This document shows positions 25,372 to 33,788 of a stretch of 64,000 nt of DNA, piece by piece (the stretch's first letter is position 1; each line of letters starts with the position of its first letter). The position numbers and the translations under genes are program-made. Source of the DNA: a virus; IMG/VR virus record IMGVR_UViG_3300042090_002148, one strand, 5' to 3'. A model generated the notes under the pieces. That model did not search any database, was not told where the DNA came from, and was given only the letters and a program-made list of their open reading frames with translations.

Positions 25372-25873
25372 GGCTCTCTCCTGAAGGCGCATCGGCCACC
25401 TTCGATGCGAGGTCGACAGGCCGAACGATGCGGTAGACGACGGCTCCTGCGGGGCCCGCCCCGAAGTGCAGGACGGTGCCGTCCCAGAGCTCGATGGCGT
25501 CGATGATGGCGCGCTCCTGCCCCTGAACGTTGGATCCGATGACCTTGCGAACCGGGTGTTCGGCCATGACTTCGCGCACCGTGTCGATGGAACAGAGCTG
25601 CTCCTCCGGCAGGCCGCATCCCTTGAAGGCGCTGAAGGCCTCTACCGGGGTGAGGTCTCGCAGGGTGAGGGCAGAGAAGACGCGGACATCCACGAGCTCC
25701 TCCGACATCCCGGTGCAGAGCTTCTCGCAGCGTGGGCAGGGGAACTTGTCCGGCCAGAACTCGCTCTTGTCCCCCACGAGCTCGCGTAGCTCGCGGGTGG
25801 AGTGGTTCTGCGCCGCGTTCACCGGCATGACCCGGATGGCGAGCGCGCAAGGGAGGCAGGCCACGACGATCAT
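25364..25873 (-). CDS. Hypothetical Cys-rich protein
   Basis: 169 aa; CLPC and CPRC. Confidence 0.6.
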   Translation of the reverse strand: MIVVACLPCALAIRVMPVNAAQNHSTRELRELVGDKSEFWPDKFPCPRCEKLCTGMSEELVDVRVFSALTLRDLTPVEAFSAFKGCGLPEEQLCSIDTVREVMAEHPVRKVIGSNVQGQERAIIDAIELWDGTVLHFGAGPAGAVVYRIVRPVDLASKVADAPSGESHG

Positions 25874-26190
25874 ACGGAGGGCACCCCGTCATCGAGGTCA
25901 GCGTCCTCGGTCTGAGGAGGATCCGGTTCGTAGGTGTCCGTCTCACGTGGGACGTACACCGGTGCGCTGGTGACCACGTCCGTGTCCCCGATAGGCACCT
26001 CCTCCGAACGAGCGATGACCGGAGGAGCCGCCTGCGCGTGGATGTGCGCCTTCATCACGCGCTCCGCGACCTCGTCGTCGACCGGGCACTGCACGGTCTC
26101 ACCCGTGGGCAGAACGAGCACCAGGAAGTTCTGCATGACGTTCTTCATGAGGTCGACGCGCTGGACGACGCTGCTGATCTCGCACTTCAT
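25870..26190 (-). CDS. Hypothetical protein
   Basis: 106 aa; coupled. Confidence 0.6.
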   Translation of the reverse strand: MKCEISSVVQRVDLMKNVMQNFLVLVLPTGETVQCPVDDEVAERVMKAHIHAQAAPPVIARSEEVPIGDTDVVTSAPVYVPRETDTYEPDPPQTEDADLDDGVPSV

Positions 26191-26471
26191 TGAGGCACCG
26201 GTGGCTTGGGCTGGTTCGCACGGGCGCGTTCAGCCGCGTCGCCCTTCAGCAGCTTCGTGAGGTTCTGTACTTCGATGCCCACGCGCAGGGCGCTCACGCC
26301 TACGCGGTGCAGGTTGATGAGCTCGAGGCAGTGGGCCCACTGCTGGTTCTTGTAGTCGGGATGGTCCGGCGGAATCACGTAGGCCATGCACTCGGCAGTG
26401 CAAAGGCGCTGCTGATCCTTGAAGCAGTAGAGTCCGCTCCCCGGGACCTGGTCCTTAGGTATTACGGGCAT
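26187..26471 (-). CDS. Hypothetical Cys-containing protein
   Basis: 94 aa; YCF...CTAECMAY...HC. Confidence 0.6.
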   Translation of the reverse strand: MPVIPKDQVPGSGLYCFKDQQRLCTAECMAYVIPPDHPDYKNQQWAHCLELINLHRVGVSALRVGIEVQNLTKLLKGDAAERARANQPKPPVPQ

Positions 26472-26892
26472 CGTGCTCCTCCTTCTCGATGGCAGCGCGC
26501 GTTTCGACGACGCTCTTCGCGATGGCTTGAGCAGCGCCCCCGATGTAGCGCGCCACGGTCCGGCTGAAGAGCTTCTGCTCGTCCTTGTTGTTGCCGGGCA
26601 GAGCGATGAAGCCCCACTTCAGCAGCAGCTTGCCGAGCTCGAGGGACATGTCGCGCCCGAGCAGAGCGCGGACATCGCGAGCGAAGTGAAGAAACACTTC
26701 CTCCTTCGAGCCGTGCCCGTGATCGAAGCGGTAGACGTTGAGCTCGGAGGAAGACCCCGCCCAGGTGCAGGTGAGACACTTGGCCGGTCCTCCGAGCTCG
26801 GAGGACTCGATCTGTGCGCTGCCACAAGCAGGACAGAAGGAGCCCTTGTCTGTGGCGGCACGGTTGATGAGACTGTTGTCGTTCGCGGTCAC
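26455..26892 (-). CDS. Hypothetical Zn-ribbon protein (CPAC...CLTC)
   Basis: 145 aa; GTG start. Confidence 0.6.
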   Translation of the reverse strand: MTANDNSLINRAATDKGSFCPACGSAQIESSELGGPAKCLTCTWAGSSSELNVYRFDHGHGSKEEVFLHFARDVRALLGRDMSLELGKLLLKWGFIALPGNNKDEQKLFSRTVARYIGGAAQAIAKSVVETRAAIEKEEHDARNT

Positions 26893-27332
26893 GTCGGAAT
26901 CACCTTCCCGAGCTTGGTGTAGAAGGCCCCACGCCGGGCCCGTACTTCTGGTGTGTCAGGCGTTGCATCCTTCTCGATGTGCGTGGTCTTTCGCTTCGAC
27001 TGCTTGGGCGCCTGCCAGAGAGGCTTGATGCCCATCCCGCCGCGCTTCACCTCGGCGTTGAGCGCCTTGATGACGTCCGCGTGGGTGTTCTTCTTCTGCG
27101 CCTCCAGCCACGGGAAGGCGGTCTTCATGTAGTCGTCGAAGACTTCCTTGCCCTTGTCCTTGGAGACGATTGCCTGCGCGAGCGCCCTGGTGCGTGCGTG
27201 TTCGATCTGCTCTTTCTTCAGCACGTACAGTAGAAGGACAGACTCCTGAAGTGACCCCGTCGGGGGCGGCTCGCGCAGAGACGCGAGCAGCAAAGCTGCC
27301 CGTGCCCAGCCTTCTGGAGTCTCTAGCCATTT
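26889..27332 (-). CDS. -1 frame extension of the tail assembly chaperone (gpT-like portion)
   Basis: Frame opens K-W-L-E-T-P-E-G-W-A-R-A-A-L... directly at the slippery site; no good independent start. Confidence 0.65.
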   Translation of the reverse strand, partial: KWLETPEGWARAALLLASLREPPPTGSLQESVLLLYVLKKEQIEHARTRALAQAIVSKDKGKEVFDDYMKTAFPWLEAQKKNTHADVIKALNAEVKRGGMGIKPLWQAPKQSKRKTTHIEKDATPDTPEVRARRGAFYTKLGKVIPT

Positions 27333-28591
27333 CCCAGTCTCTCCGCGACGAAGAGCTTGCGAACGCGCACGTCGAACCAGAAGAAGTTCACACCGAGCGT
27401 GCCGATCATGTGGAAGGAGTTGCGTGCGAGGAAGTCGAACTTCTTCCAGAACGCGTCCTCGTCGAACTTGCCGCTCGCATCGAGATGACTCGGGACCTTG
27501 TTGTCGTTGATGGCGTAGAGCCCGAGCGCCACCGTCATCACGGAGAACTTGTCGAGCAGGTAGCGCTCGTTGATCTCGAGGCCCTTCGACTCGAGCATGA
27601 TGAGCTTCTTGATCGCCAGGTCGTCTGACGAGGCGATGGACTGGAAGGTGGGCTCGAACTTGCCGGGGAGGATGGGCACCTTCTGCCGCACGTACCCGTG
27701 CATGATGAGGTCGTCGACCTCCATCTTCGGGCAGCGCTCCTCGATGATGGCGCGCTGCTCGTCGTTGTTGATGATGTCCTTCATCATCATGTCGCGGAGA
27801 GTCGCGAAGTCGAGGTCGTCCTCGACGCCCATCTTCTTCAACACCTCGGCGACGCGCGTCTTGTCGCTGGTCTGCGGTCCATCCTTCGGCGCGTTGCCGA
27901 AGCGACCGGCTGCACCTGCCGAGCTCTGGATGGAAGCCTGCTCGGCAGCACGGTCCTCTGCCTCGGTGGTTGCGGACTGCCCGCGCCCGAGAGCGGCGAT
28001 GCGCTCGAGGTCCTGGAGGGACTCGGGACTCAGCCCCTTCGTGGCCTGGTGCAGCTCCTGAGGGAGCACGTGGCGGCGGTTCGTGCCGCTCCCGCGGATG
28101 ACGCCGTACTTGAACGCGAGCTCGGGCTGCGAGGCCGCGAACATCGAACCCTGCCCTGGGCGGAACAGCGGGTCGTTCTGGGCCTCCGCTGGCAGCAGGT
28201 CAGACGGGTAGATCTGCGCAGGACGTGTCTTCGATGCCGGCGGAGAGAACGTCGCCGCAGCCCGTAGCGCAGGAGACTGTGTGAAGATCCCGCCCTGGGG
28301 AGGGGCCACCCCCGCTGCCTGGGCAGTGGCAGCGCGCTGTGCAACCGCCTGGTCGGCCATCGTCATGCCGTCGCCGGCGGGGGCCTCGAGGTTCGGGATG
28401 GGTGGCGTCGGCCCCCCTGCCCGCTGAGTCGTGTACTTCGGGATCGCCTGCCGGCTCAGCGGATGACGGTTGCGAGTCATCGCATCCGCCACACGACGGG
28501 CCGCGGGATCCGTCACGCTCGCGTGAACGAAAGGCGCGCTGAGTTGGGTCGGCGCGTTCGGGTCTTTTACTACTGCGTCTCGTTTGGCCAT
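27323..28591 (-). CDS. Tail assembly chaperone (gpG-like) with long low-complexity N-terminus
   Basis: Ends ...ERLGNG* on CTG GGA AAT GGC TAG, i.e. the G GGA AAT slippery heptamer, the hallmark of G/GT chaperone genes. Confidence 0.65.
   Translation of the reverse strand: MAKRDAVVKDPNAPTQLSAPFVHASVTDPAARRVADAMTRNRHPLSRQAIPKYTTQRAGGPTPPIPNLEAPAGDGMTMADQAVAQRAATAQAAGVAPPQGGIFTQSPALRAAATFSPPASKTRPAQIYPSDLLPAEAQNDPLFRPGQGSMFAASQPELAFKYGVIRGSGTNRRHVLPQELHQATKGLSPESLQDLERIAALGRGQSATTEAEDRAAEQASIQSSAGAAGRFGNAPKDGPQTSDKTRVAEVLKKMGVEDDLDFATLRDMMMKDIINNDEQRAIIEERCPKMEVDDLIMHGYVRQKVPILPGKFEPTFQSIASSDDLAIKKLIMLESKGLEINERYLLDKFSVMTVALGLYAINDNKVPSHLDASGKFDEDAFWKKFDFLARNSFHMIGTLGVNFFWFDVRVRKLFVAERLGNG
27329..27335 (-). 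promoter_or_regulatory. Programmed -1 frameshift heptamer G GGA AAT
   Basis: X XXY YYZ in the correct phase just before the stop; -1 frame open for about 146 codons. Confidence 0.75.
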
Positions 28592-28610
28592 GCGTTCCTG
28601 AGCTGTCTAG

Positions 28611-28639
28611 GGTGTACTGCCAATGTGCTCACACGTCAA
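28611..28639 (-). promoter_or_regulatory. Sigma70-like promoter TTGACG-N17-TACACC
   Basis: Intergenic, upstream of the chaperone gene. Confidence 0.55.
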
Positions 28640-28645
28640 GGAGTA

Positions 28646-28673
28646 GCTAAGCAAGAGGGGCTGGTGCCCCCCT
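28646..28673 (-). terminator. Hairpin plus TTGCTTAGC tail
   Basis: AGGGGGGC-ACCA-GCCCCTCT followed by the shared TTAGC tail. Confidence 0.55.
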
Positions 28674-28676
28674 GGC

Positions 28677-29129
28677 CTACTTCGGTAGGACTTCTGCGAT
28701 CAGGTGCGTCACGATCTCAAGGTCAGTGAGCGCAGGCCTGTCGCCGTCGAACGGTCGGTTCTCGATCTTCGCCAGCACCACGCCACCCTGCAGGCGTAGC
28801 GGTGGGCTGGTCACCTTCGAGAGCGCGCCCTTCAGCAGGTAGAAGGGCCCGTAGTCCACGAGATGCTTGCCGAACTTGATGTACGACCGGGCGGAGAAGA
28901 CATGCCGCAGGTCACCTCCCTGCAGCACCAACATCGCGGTCAGATGGGAGAACACCAGCTCGTCGAAAGCGAACTTGCACCAGAAGATCTTGCCCTTCGG
29001 GTGCGGCGTGCAGACCGGCGTGCTGAAGACGCCTCTGGTTGCCCAGGCGAGCGGACCTTCTGCTCCGTCCGCACAGATCTCGATGCGCTCCTTCGTCTCT
29101 ACTCGGTGGGGACCTTCCCGGGTGCCCAT
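28677..29129 (-). CDS. Hypothetical protein (MGTREGPH...)
   Basis: Protein-like part of ORF 28677-29204. Confidence 0.55.
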   Translation of the reverse strand: MGTREGPHRVETKERIEICADGAEGPLAWATRGVFSTPVCTPHPKGKIFWCKFAFDELVFSHLTAMLVLQGGDLRHVFSARSYIKFGKHLVDYGPFYLLKGALSKVTSPPLRLQGGVVLAKIENRPFDGDRPALTDLEIVTHLIAEVLPK

Positions 29130-29359
29130 CCCTTCGGTCCGCGCGGGGGCGGGGGATCCGGCGCCTTCGTCACCACCATCTTGTGTCTCTTGCACTTGTG
29201 GCACCTTCCGACTTCAGGGTGTGCCGGAGAGAAGGGGACGAGTGTCCCCAGCGCCCACCCGGCGGTCTCGGCCTGCTCAATGAGCCTCTTCCCTTCGCAC
29301 CCTGGGTGCGTGCAGGTGAGCTCGTACTCCACGAACAACGGGTTGACCATCCTGGGCAT
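29099..29359 (-). CDS. Small Zn-binding protein
   Basis: CTHPGC...CHKC. Confidence 0.6.
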   Translation of the reverse strand: MPRMVNPLFVEYELTCTHPGCEGKRLIEQAETAGWALGTLVPFSPAHPEVGRCHKCKRHKMVVTKAPDPPPPRGPKGWAPGKVPTE

Positions 29360-29780
29360 GGGCGTTCCTCACGGCAGCTTGCACCGCGGAGAGGTACTCC
29401 GCGTCACCGGGATTGTACGCCCGGAGCCACCCGAGGTTCTCACACTCATGCGTGCAGGCTGCGCGAATGCGTGAGAGGAAGGCGCCCATGCGCCGGAGGT
29501 TCGCGTGCGGCTGCTGGAGAGACCCGACCTCGGGACTGGTGCAGCGCACGTTGATCTGGCCCAGCCCCACCGAGCAGGAGCCATCCTGCTCATGTCGAAG
29601 AGCCGTTGCCGTCCAGTGGGTTTCCCGGTCGATGAGTGCCGGGAAGATCCACGGGTCGAGGTTGTGCTCGCGGGCCTCCTCGAGGACCCAGCTGACGTAG
29701 CGGGCGCGTTCCCTGGGCGGCAGGTGCGGGTTGCTGTGGTGGATTGCCGCGCTGAGCAGCAGCACGCTTGTCGTGAACAT
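29277..29780 (-). CDS. Soluble lytic transglycosylase (SLT / family 1-like) with hydrophobic N-terminus
   Basis: LIDRE(T)HW catalytic Glu, VGLGQIN, N...G..L and AYN.G motifs. Confidence 0.75.
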   Translation of the reverse strand: MFTTSVLLLSAAIHHSNPHLPPRERARYVSWVLEEAREHNLDPWIFPALIDRETHWTATALRHEQDGSCSVGLGQINVRCTSPEVGSLQQPHANLRRMGAFLSRIRAACTHECENLGWLRAYNPGDAEYLSAVQAAVRNAHAQDGQPVVRGVRAHLHAPRVRREEAH

Positions 29781-30054
29781 CCTTGGCCTCCGACATCTTG
29801 ATGATGGACTCGAGCACCTCCTTCTTCGAGAGGTCCTGCAGGGGGTTCGCCTTCCCCAGAATGAGCTCGCCCTTCACCAACGCGATGCGGATGGACTCGC
29901 GCGCGATGAGCTGGAGGTTCTTGAGCTCCTTCATGATGCGCTCCTCGAAGCGCATCGCGATGGTGTTGCAGTCCGGGCAGACGAAGACGGCGGCGTAGAT
30001 CTTCGCGTCCTCGGGAGCGACGTCCTTGTGGCAGTTCTGGCACGGGAGACCCAT
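29590..30054 (-). CDS. Zn-finger hypothetical protein (CQNC...CPDC)
   Basis: 154 aa; C-terminal 191 nt overlap the SLT gene. Confidence 0.6.
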   Translation of the reverse strand: MGLPCQNCHKDVAPEDAKIYAAVFVCPDCNTIAMRFEERIMKELKNLQLIARESIRIALVKGELILGKANPLQDLSKKEVLESIIKMSEAKDVHDKRAAAQRGNPPQQPAPAAQGTRPLRQLGPRGGPRAQPRPVDLPGTHRPGNPLDGNGSST

Positions 30055-30063
30055 GCCGGAAGA

Positions 30064-30603
30064 CTACCCCTCGGATGTGGTGTCGTCAGTACCTGTCTTC
30101 GGGGGGAGAACCCGCAGGGTGGTACTCACCGGCTTGCGGAGGAACTTCTTCTGCAGGTCGGTCAAGCTCTCGGCCACGTAGTTCCGCAGAGACTCCTGCT
30201 CGAACGCTGCGGCCTCGGCAGAGATCTCCGCGTTGAGCGCTGCGTACTTGGAGCGCACCGCGAAGATGAACTGGTCGAGCTTCGCATCCGCGGTGTGCGC
30301 GTGCTGCTCGCAGTACTCCGGGGCCTGCATCAGGTCGATGACCCGCTTGTACCGGGGCGCGACGGCGAAGTAGTTGCGGAGGAAGTCGTACGCCCCCCGG
30401 GTGCGCCTCAGGATGGGGGCCGGTCGTGTAGCTACGGCGCCACACACGCACTTCGGCACAAGCTCATAGTCGAGCTTCGCCTGCTCCTCCTGCGTGACGC
30501 CCTTGGGTAGCTTCCTCTTCTGGTTCCAGATGATGCGTGCGACGAGGGCGACCACAACCGCCACAGTCAGGAACCCAAGCCCGTAGTTTTGCCAGAAGTC
30601 CAT
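30064..30603 (-). CDS. Membrane-anchored hypothetical protein
   Basis: N-terminal TM (GLGFLTVAVVVALVARII), then CVCG...CEQH. Confidence 0.65.
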   Translation of the reverse strand: MDFWQNYGLGFLTVAVVVALVARIIWNQKRKLPKGVTQEEQAKLDYELVPKCVCGAVATRPAPILRRTRGAYDFLRNYFAVAPRYKRVIDLMQAPEYCEQHAHTADAKLDQFIFAVRSKYAALNAEISAEAAAFEQESLRNYVAESLTDLQKKFLRKPVSTTLRVLPPKTGTDDTTSEG

Positions 30604-30845
30604 TCGCCTATTCCTTGTTCGGGGTCAGCTGCGCCTTGTAGCGCAGCACTGTCGTTCTGCAACTTCTCGTCGAAAGCCAGCTTGTCCAGCAGCTCCTTGA
30701 GCCGCCGCCAGATGTCCTCGACCTCGGGTTGTAGGTACGCGACGTCGTCGTTGATGTTCTGCGCGGCCTCCTCGAGCTCCATCTGCGCACGGCGCGCGTG
30801 ATGACGAACCCAGAAGAGTCTCCGCGATGTGACGTCGTCAGCCAT
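30567..30845 (-). CDS. Hypothetical coiled-coil protein (MADDVTSRR...)
   Basis: 92 aa from ATG 30845. Confidence 0.55.
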   Translation of the reverse strand: MADDVTSRRLFWVRHHARRAQMELEEAAQNINDDVAYLQPEVEDIWRRLKELLDKLAFDEKLQNDSAALQGAADPEQGIGEWTSGKTTGLGS

Positions 30846-31239
30846 TCGGAAAGTACACGTCGAGCTGGGTCCACCCGACCAACGCTGCTGGGTCGAGGGT
30901 GACCATGATGTTGACCGCCTTCGGCGTGCGCGCGCCCACCACGGTGAGCACGTCGTTCTTGCAGAGCGGTCTGGAGATGAGCTGCAAGAAGAACTGCAGG
31001 TTGGGGGGCCAGGTCTTCGGAAAGTTCGCCTTCCAACCAGGAGGTAGCGGCGTCGCGGGATCCTGCCAGCGGATCCAGAGCGAGTACCGCTTGATGTCGT
31101 TCGCCTCTTCGATCTCGCGCAAGTAGCTCTGGAGCTCCTGCGCTTTCGTCTGATCGATCGACCCGTCGGGCTGGACCGTCGAGCGTTGTGCGAGCGCGAT
31201 GAGGGCTTCATACTGTTGTTGTTCCAATGTGAGGTTCAT
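30838..31239 (-). CDS. Hypothetical protein (MNLTLEQQQY...)
   Basis: 133 aa. Confidence 0.65.
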   Translation of the reverse strand: MNLTLEQQQYEALIALAQRSTVQPDGSIDQTKAQELQSYLREIEEANDIKRYSLWIRWQDPATPLPPGWKANFPKTWPPNLQFFLQLISRPLCKNDVLTVVGARTPKAVNIMVTLDPAALVGWTQLDVYFPNG

Positions 31240-31781
31240 GGAGTCGCTCCTGGTATGTGAGCCCATCGCTTGCCGCGCAAGGCCATGCTCATCATACCAC
31301 TCGGCACGCCGTACTTTTCACAGAGCGCCTTCTGAGTCGTGCCGCTACGATATTCCTCTCGCCAGGTCATCACGAGCTCCTCGGTGTACTTGGCGTTGGG
31401 TCGTGCACTACCTCGGGGCACTGTCTCTGGGTGCGTGCGTGAGCCATTCCAATCTCCGCTAGCCATGCGTCCGCGCAGCACTGCATCGCGCGCATTATCT
31501 GCACGTGTACCTGCGTAAACATGCACCACGCACAACTTCACATCGCACTCATGTAGAACCATCAGCCCCGGCGGAACGGGGCCGTGCTGTAGCTCGAAGG
31601 CGGCGACATGAACATAGAGCGTCTTACCGTCATGTCCGCCGCTGCCGATACTGCCGTACCCGTTCTTCAGTACGGACCCCGTCCACAGCCGGCACGGCGT
31701 AGTCATGTGCGGTTGTGTGCTGCCTTCTTTGACCTTGGCCCATAGGCGCTCCGCCAGAGGTTTACGTGGCGCGCTGTACAT
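31236..31781 (-). CDS. HNH homing endonuclease (HNH_3-type with C-terminal HTH)
   Basis: CRLWTG...GYG...YVHVAAF...VLHECDVKLCV..HVYAGTRADNARD; QKALCEKYGV. Confidence 0.85.
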   Translation of the reverse strand: MYSAPRKPLAERLWAKVKEGSTQPHMTTPCRLWTGSVLKNGYGSIGSGGHDGKTLYVHVAAFELQHGPVPPGLMVLHECDVKLCVVHVYAGTRADNARDAVLRGRMASGDWNGSRTHPETVPRGSARPNAKYTEELVMTWREEYRSGTTQKALCEKYGVPSGMMSMALRGKRWAHIPGATP

Positions 31782-31783
31782 GG

Positions 31784-32578
31784 CTACTCCTGATTGGGAT
31801 AGATGAACCGCAACGCGCTGAGCTCTTTGCTCACCAGCGACTCAAGCTCCTCGAGCGGTCCGTCCTCGTTGTTCAGCACCGAGGCGAACTTCCCGCGGTC
31901 GATGGCGTTCTGCTCCTGCTCGCTCGCGTGCTGGCCTGCTGTTCCTACGAGGCCGGCACCTGGACGTTCGATCTTCCAGACGTGCCCGCCGGCGGCGCGG
32001 ATGGCGTCCACTTCGTTGAGGAAGCGGACGTCAGAGATGGCAACTCCCTGTATGGAGCCCTTGGGCTCATCGTCGCGGTGCCACTCACCTGTCGCAGTCT
32101 GCTCGATGCGCTCTACGATGCCTTCCTGTTGCGTGTACATGACGGACGAGTCTTCAAGCAACCGCTTCGCCACACGCAGCGCGTAGTTGATCCAGATGTT
32201 CGGGTAGCAATAGCGTCCGAACTCTGTGCCGAGTTGTTGGAGAGCGTAACGCGGGGTAAGGAAGGCGCGTGCAGGGCAGGTGCGCTCCATCATCTCTACG
32301 GCATCCTCCGTGCGTTCACCGCAGTACTGGCAGGTGAAAGGCGCACTGCCTTCGGCGCGTGACCAACCACACGGGACCTGGCGTGGGTACCTTTTGTCCG
32401 GCTTGTTCCGTTCTTCACTTGGACCCCAGAGCTGGGTATCGGTGAAAGCGAAGAACTCTTTCGCTGCGCGCTTGATCGGATCAGCGAGCGCAACCTTCAC
32501 GAAGCCGTGGTTCTTCACGAGGAAGTCCGCGACCGTGTCCTTGCCTGCGCCGGCTTGTCCGCAGAGTCCGATGATCAT
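31784..32578 (-). CDS. Deoxynucleoside monophosphate kinase
   Basis: IGLCGQAGAGKDT P-loop, ALADPIK, PRYALQQLGTEFGR, ISDVRFLNEVDAIR, HASE. Confidence 0.85.
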   Translation of the reverse strand: MIIGLCGQAGAGKDTVADFLVKNHGFVKVALADPIKRAAKEFFAFTDTQLWGPSEERNKPDKRYPRQVPCGWSRAEGSAPFTCQYCGERTEDAVEMMERTCPARAFLTPRYALQQLGTEFGRYCYPNIWINYALRVAKRLLEDSSVMYTQQEGIVERIEQTATGEWHRDDEPKGSIQGVAISDVRFLNEVDAIRAAGGHVWKIERPGAGLVGTAGQHASEQEQNAIDRGKFASVLNNEDGPLEELESLVSKELSALRFIYPNQE

Positions 32579-33015
32579 GTGTTCTCCGGCATGTGCGTGG
32601 CCTTGATGGATGCGCGCTCGAACCAGTCGAGGGAGTCCTTGATGCGGTAGTCGTTGCGGTAGATGACGCGCTGCACGCCCCCGAGGTTGATGAGAAACTT
32701 CGCGCACGTTAGGCAGGGCAGGTGCGTGCAGAACACGACCTTGCCGTACTCCCTCGGTGCGTCACAGTTGATGACGGCGTTCTGCTCAGCATGGATGCAG
32801 CCGCAATTGCCTACAGCTTCTGCGCCGTGGCGGTCGCAACCGTTCGGTCCCCCGGTGGCGTTGCCGTTGTAGCCCCAGGAGAGAACCTTCCTGAAGTCTA
32901 TGCTTGTGATGACGCAGCCTACGCGCAGGCGCTCACAAGTAGATCGATCACTGATTCGCTCAGCAATACTGAGGCAGATGTCTGTGAACGACGGTCGCGT
33001 CTTCTGATCTTCCAT
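32575..33015 (-). CDS. dCMP deaminase (cytidine-deaminase fold)
   Basis: RSTC.RLRVGC, WGYNG, HAEQNA, PCLTC. Confidence 0.9.
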   Translation of the reverse strand: MEDQKTRPSFTDICLSIAERISDRSTCERLRVGCVITSIDFRKVLSWGYNGNATGGPNGCDRHGAEAVGNCGCIHAEQNAVINCDAPREYGKVVFCTHLPCLTCAKFLINLGGVQRVIYRNDYRIKDSLDWFERASIKATHMPENT

Positions 33016-33389
33016 GCAGCTTTTCCTCCCATGCTCGCAATCTCACGCTGGTTCTTGGAATCCATGGCCCCGAAACCGGACTTACGGCCCTTCGACATAC
33101 GGTCGTGGATGTTGTCCAGGTTTGTGCCCAAGAAGAGGTGGTCTGGGCGCACACACGGGCGGTTGTCGCAGCGATGCAACACATGCAGACCTTCCGGGAT
33201 AGGACCGAACCAAAACTCCCAAGCAATACGGTGCGTCGTCCGTACCTTCCGCTGCCAGTTCAAGACACCGTAGCCGCTCTTCGCACACGCTCCTTGCCAC
33301 ACCCAGCAGCCGTCTTCTTCCTGAGACAGGAGCACCTGCTGCCAGAACCGGTTGCACAGGACCAGGTCCGTCGCTAGGGCGCGCCCCAT
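32919..33389 (-). CDS. HNH homing endonuclease
   Basis: CWVWQG...GYG...HRIAW...VLHRCDNRPCVRPDHLFLGTNLDNIHD. Confidence 0.85.
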   Translation of the reverse strand: MGRALATDLVLCNRFWQQVLLSQEEDGCWVWQGACAKSGYGVLNWQRKVRTTHRIAWEFWFGPIPEGLHVLHRCDNRPCVRPDHLFLGTNLDNIHDRMSKGRKSGFGAMDSKNQREIASMGGKAAWKIRRRDRRSQTSASVLLSESVIDLLVSACA

Positions 33390-33508
33390 CAGCGCCATCC
33401 CGGTCCCACGAACTTCGCCAGGGCGCAGATGCCACCGACGATGAAGCCGACCACGAACCCGATGAGCGCAGGCCAAACCCAGCTCGGTACAATGAAGTGA
33501 ACTTCCAT
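33389..33508 (-). CDS. 39-aa single-TM peptide (MEVHFIVPSWVWPALIGFVVGFIVGGICALAKF...)
   Basis: Coupled to both neighbours by TGATG overlaps. Confidence 0.55.
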   Translation of the reverse strand: MEVHFIVPSWVWPALIGFVVGFIVGGICALAKFVGPGWR

Positions 33509-33786
33509 CAGACTCCTCTTGCCGCGAGCACCTCACTGATGATCTCGCGCGTGTGGTCACAGACGCGGCGCTGCACCACGGGGATGCGGCGTGCCGACGT
33601 GCCAAAGACGAAGGCCCGGTCGAACACCTTCTCGTAGGTGCCGCCGGGCCAGGTGACCTTGACGGAGAACTCTCCGTTGGGTCGTGCTGCGATGCTGACT
33701 GTCGCGCAGGTAGAGCGCTCGAGGGTGGGACGCCGCTCTTCCAGCTTGGCACGGAGCCCGGCTAGAAGAACGGCGCCACGGTCCAC
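33508..33786 (-). CDS. Hypothetical protein
   Basis: 92 aa. Confidence 0.55.
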   Translation of the reverse strand: MDRGAVLLAGLRAKLEERRPTLERSTCATVSIAARPNGEFSVKVTWPGGTYEKVFDRAFVFGTSARRIPVVQRRVCDHTREIISEVLAARGV

Positions 33787-33788
33787 GA

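Noticed and set aside
32919-33015. Group I intron or split dCMP deaminase at the HNH overlap
   Set aside because: The deaminase is complete from its own ATG (33015) with all motifs; no intron core was recognisable.
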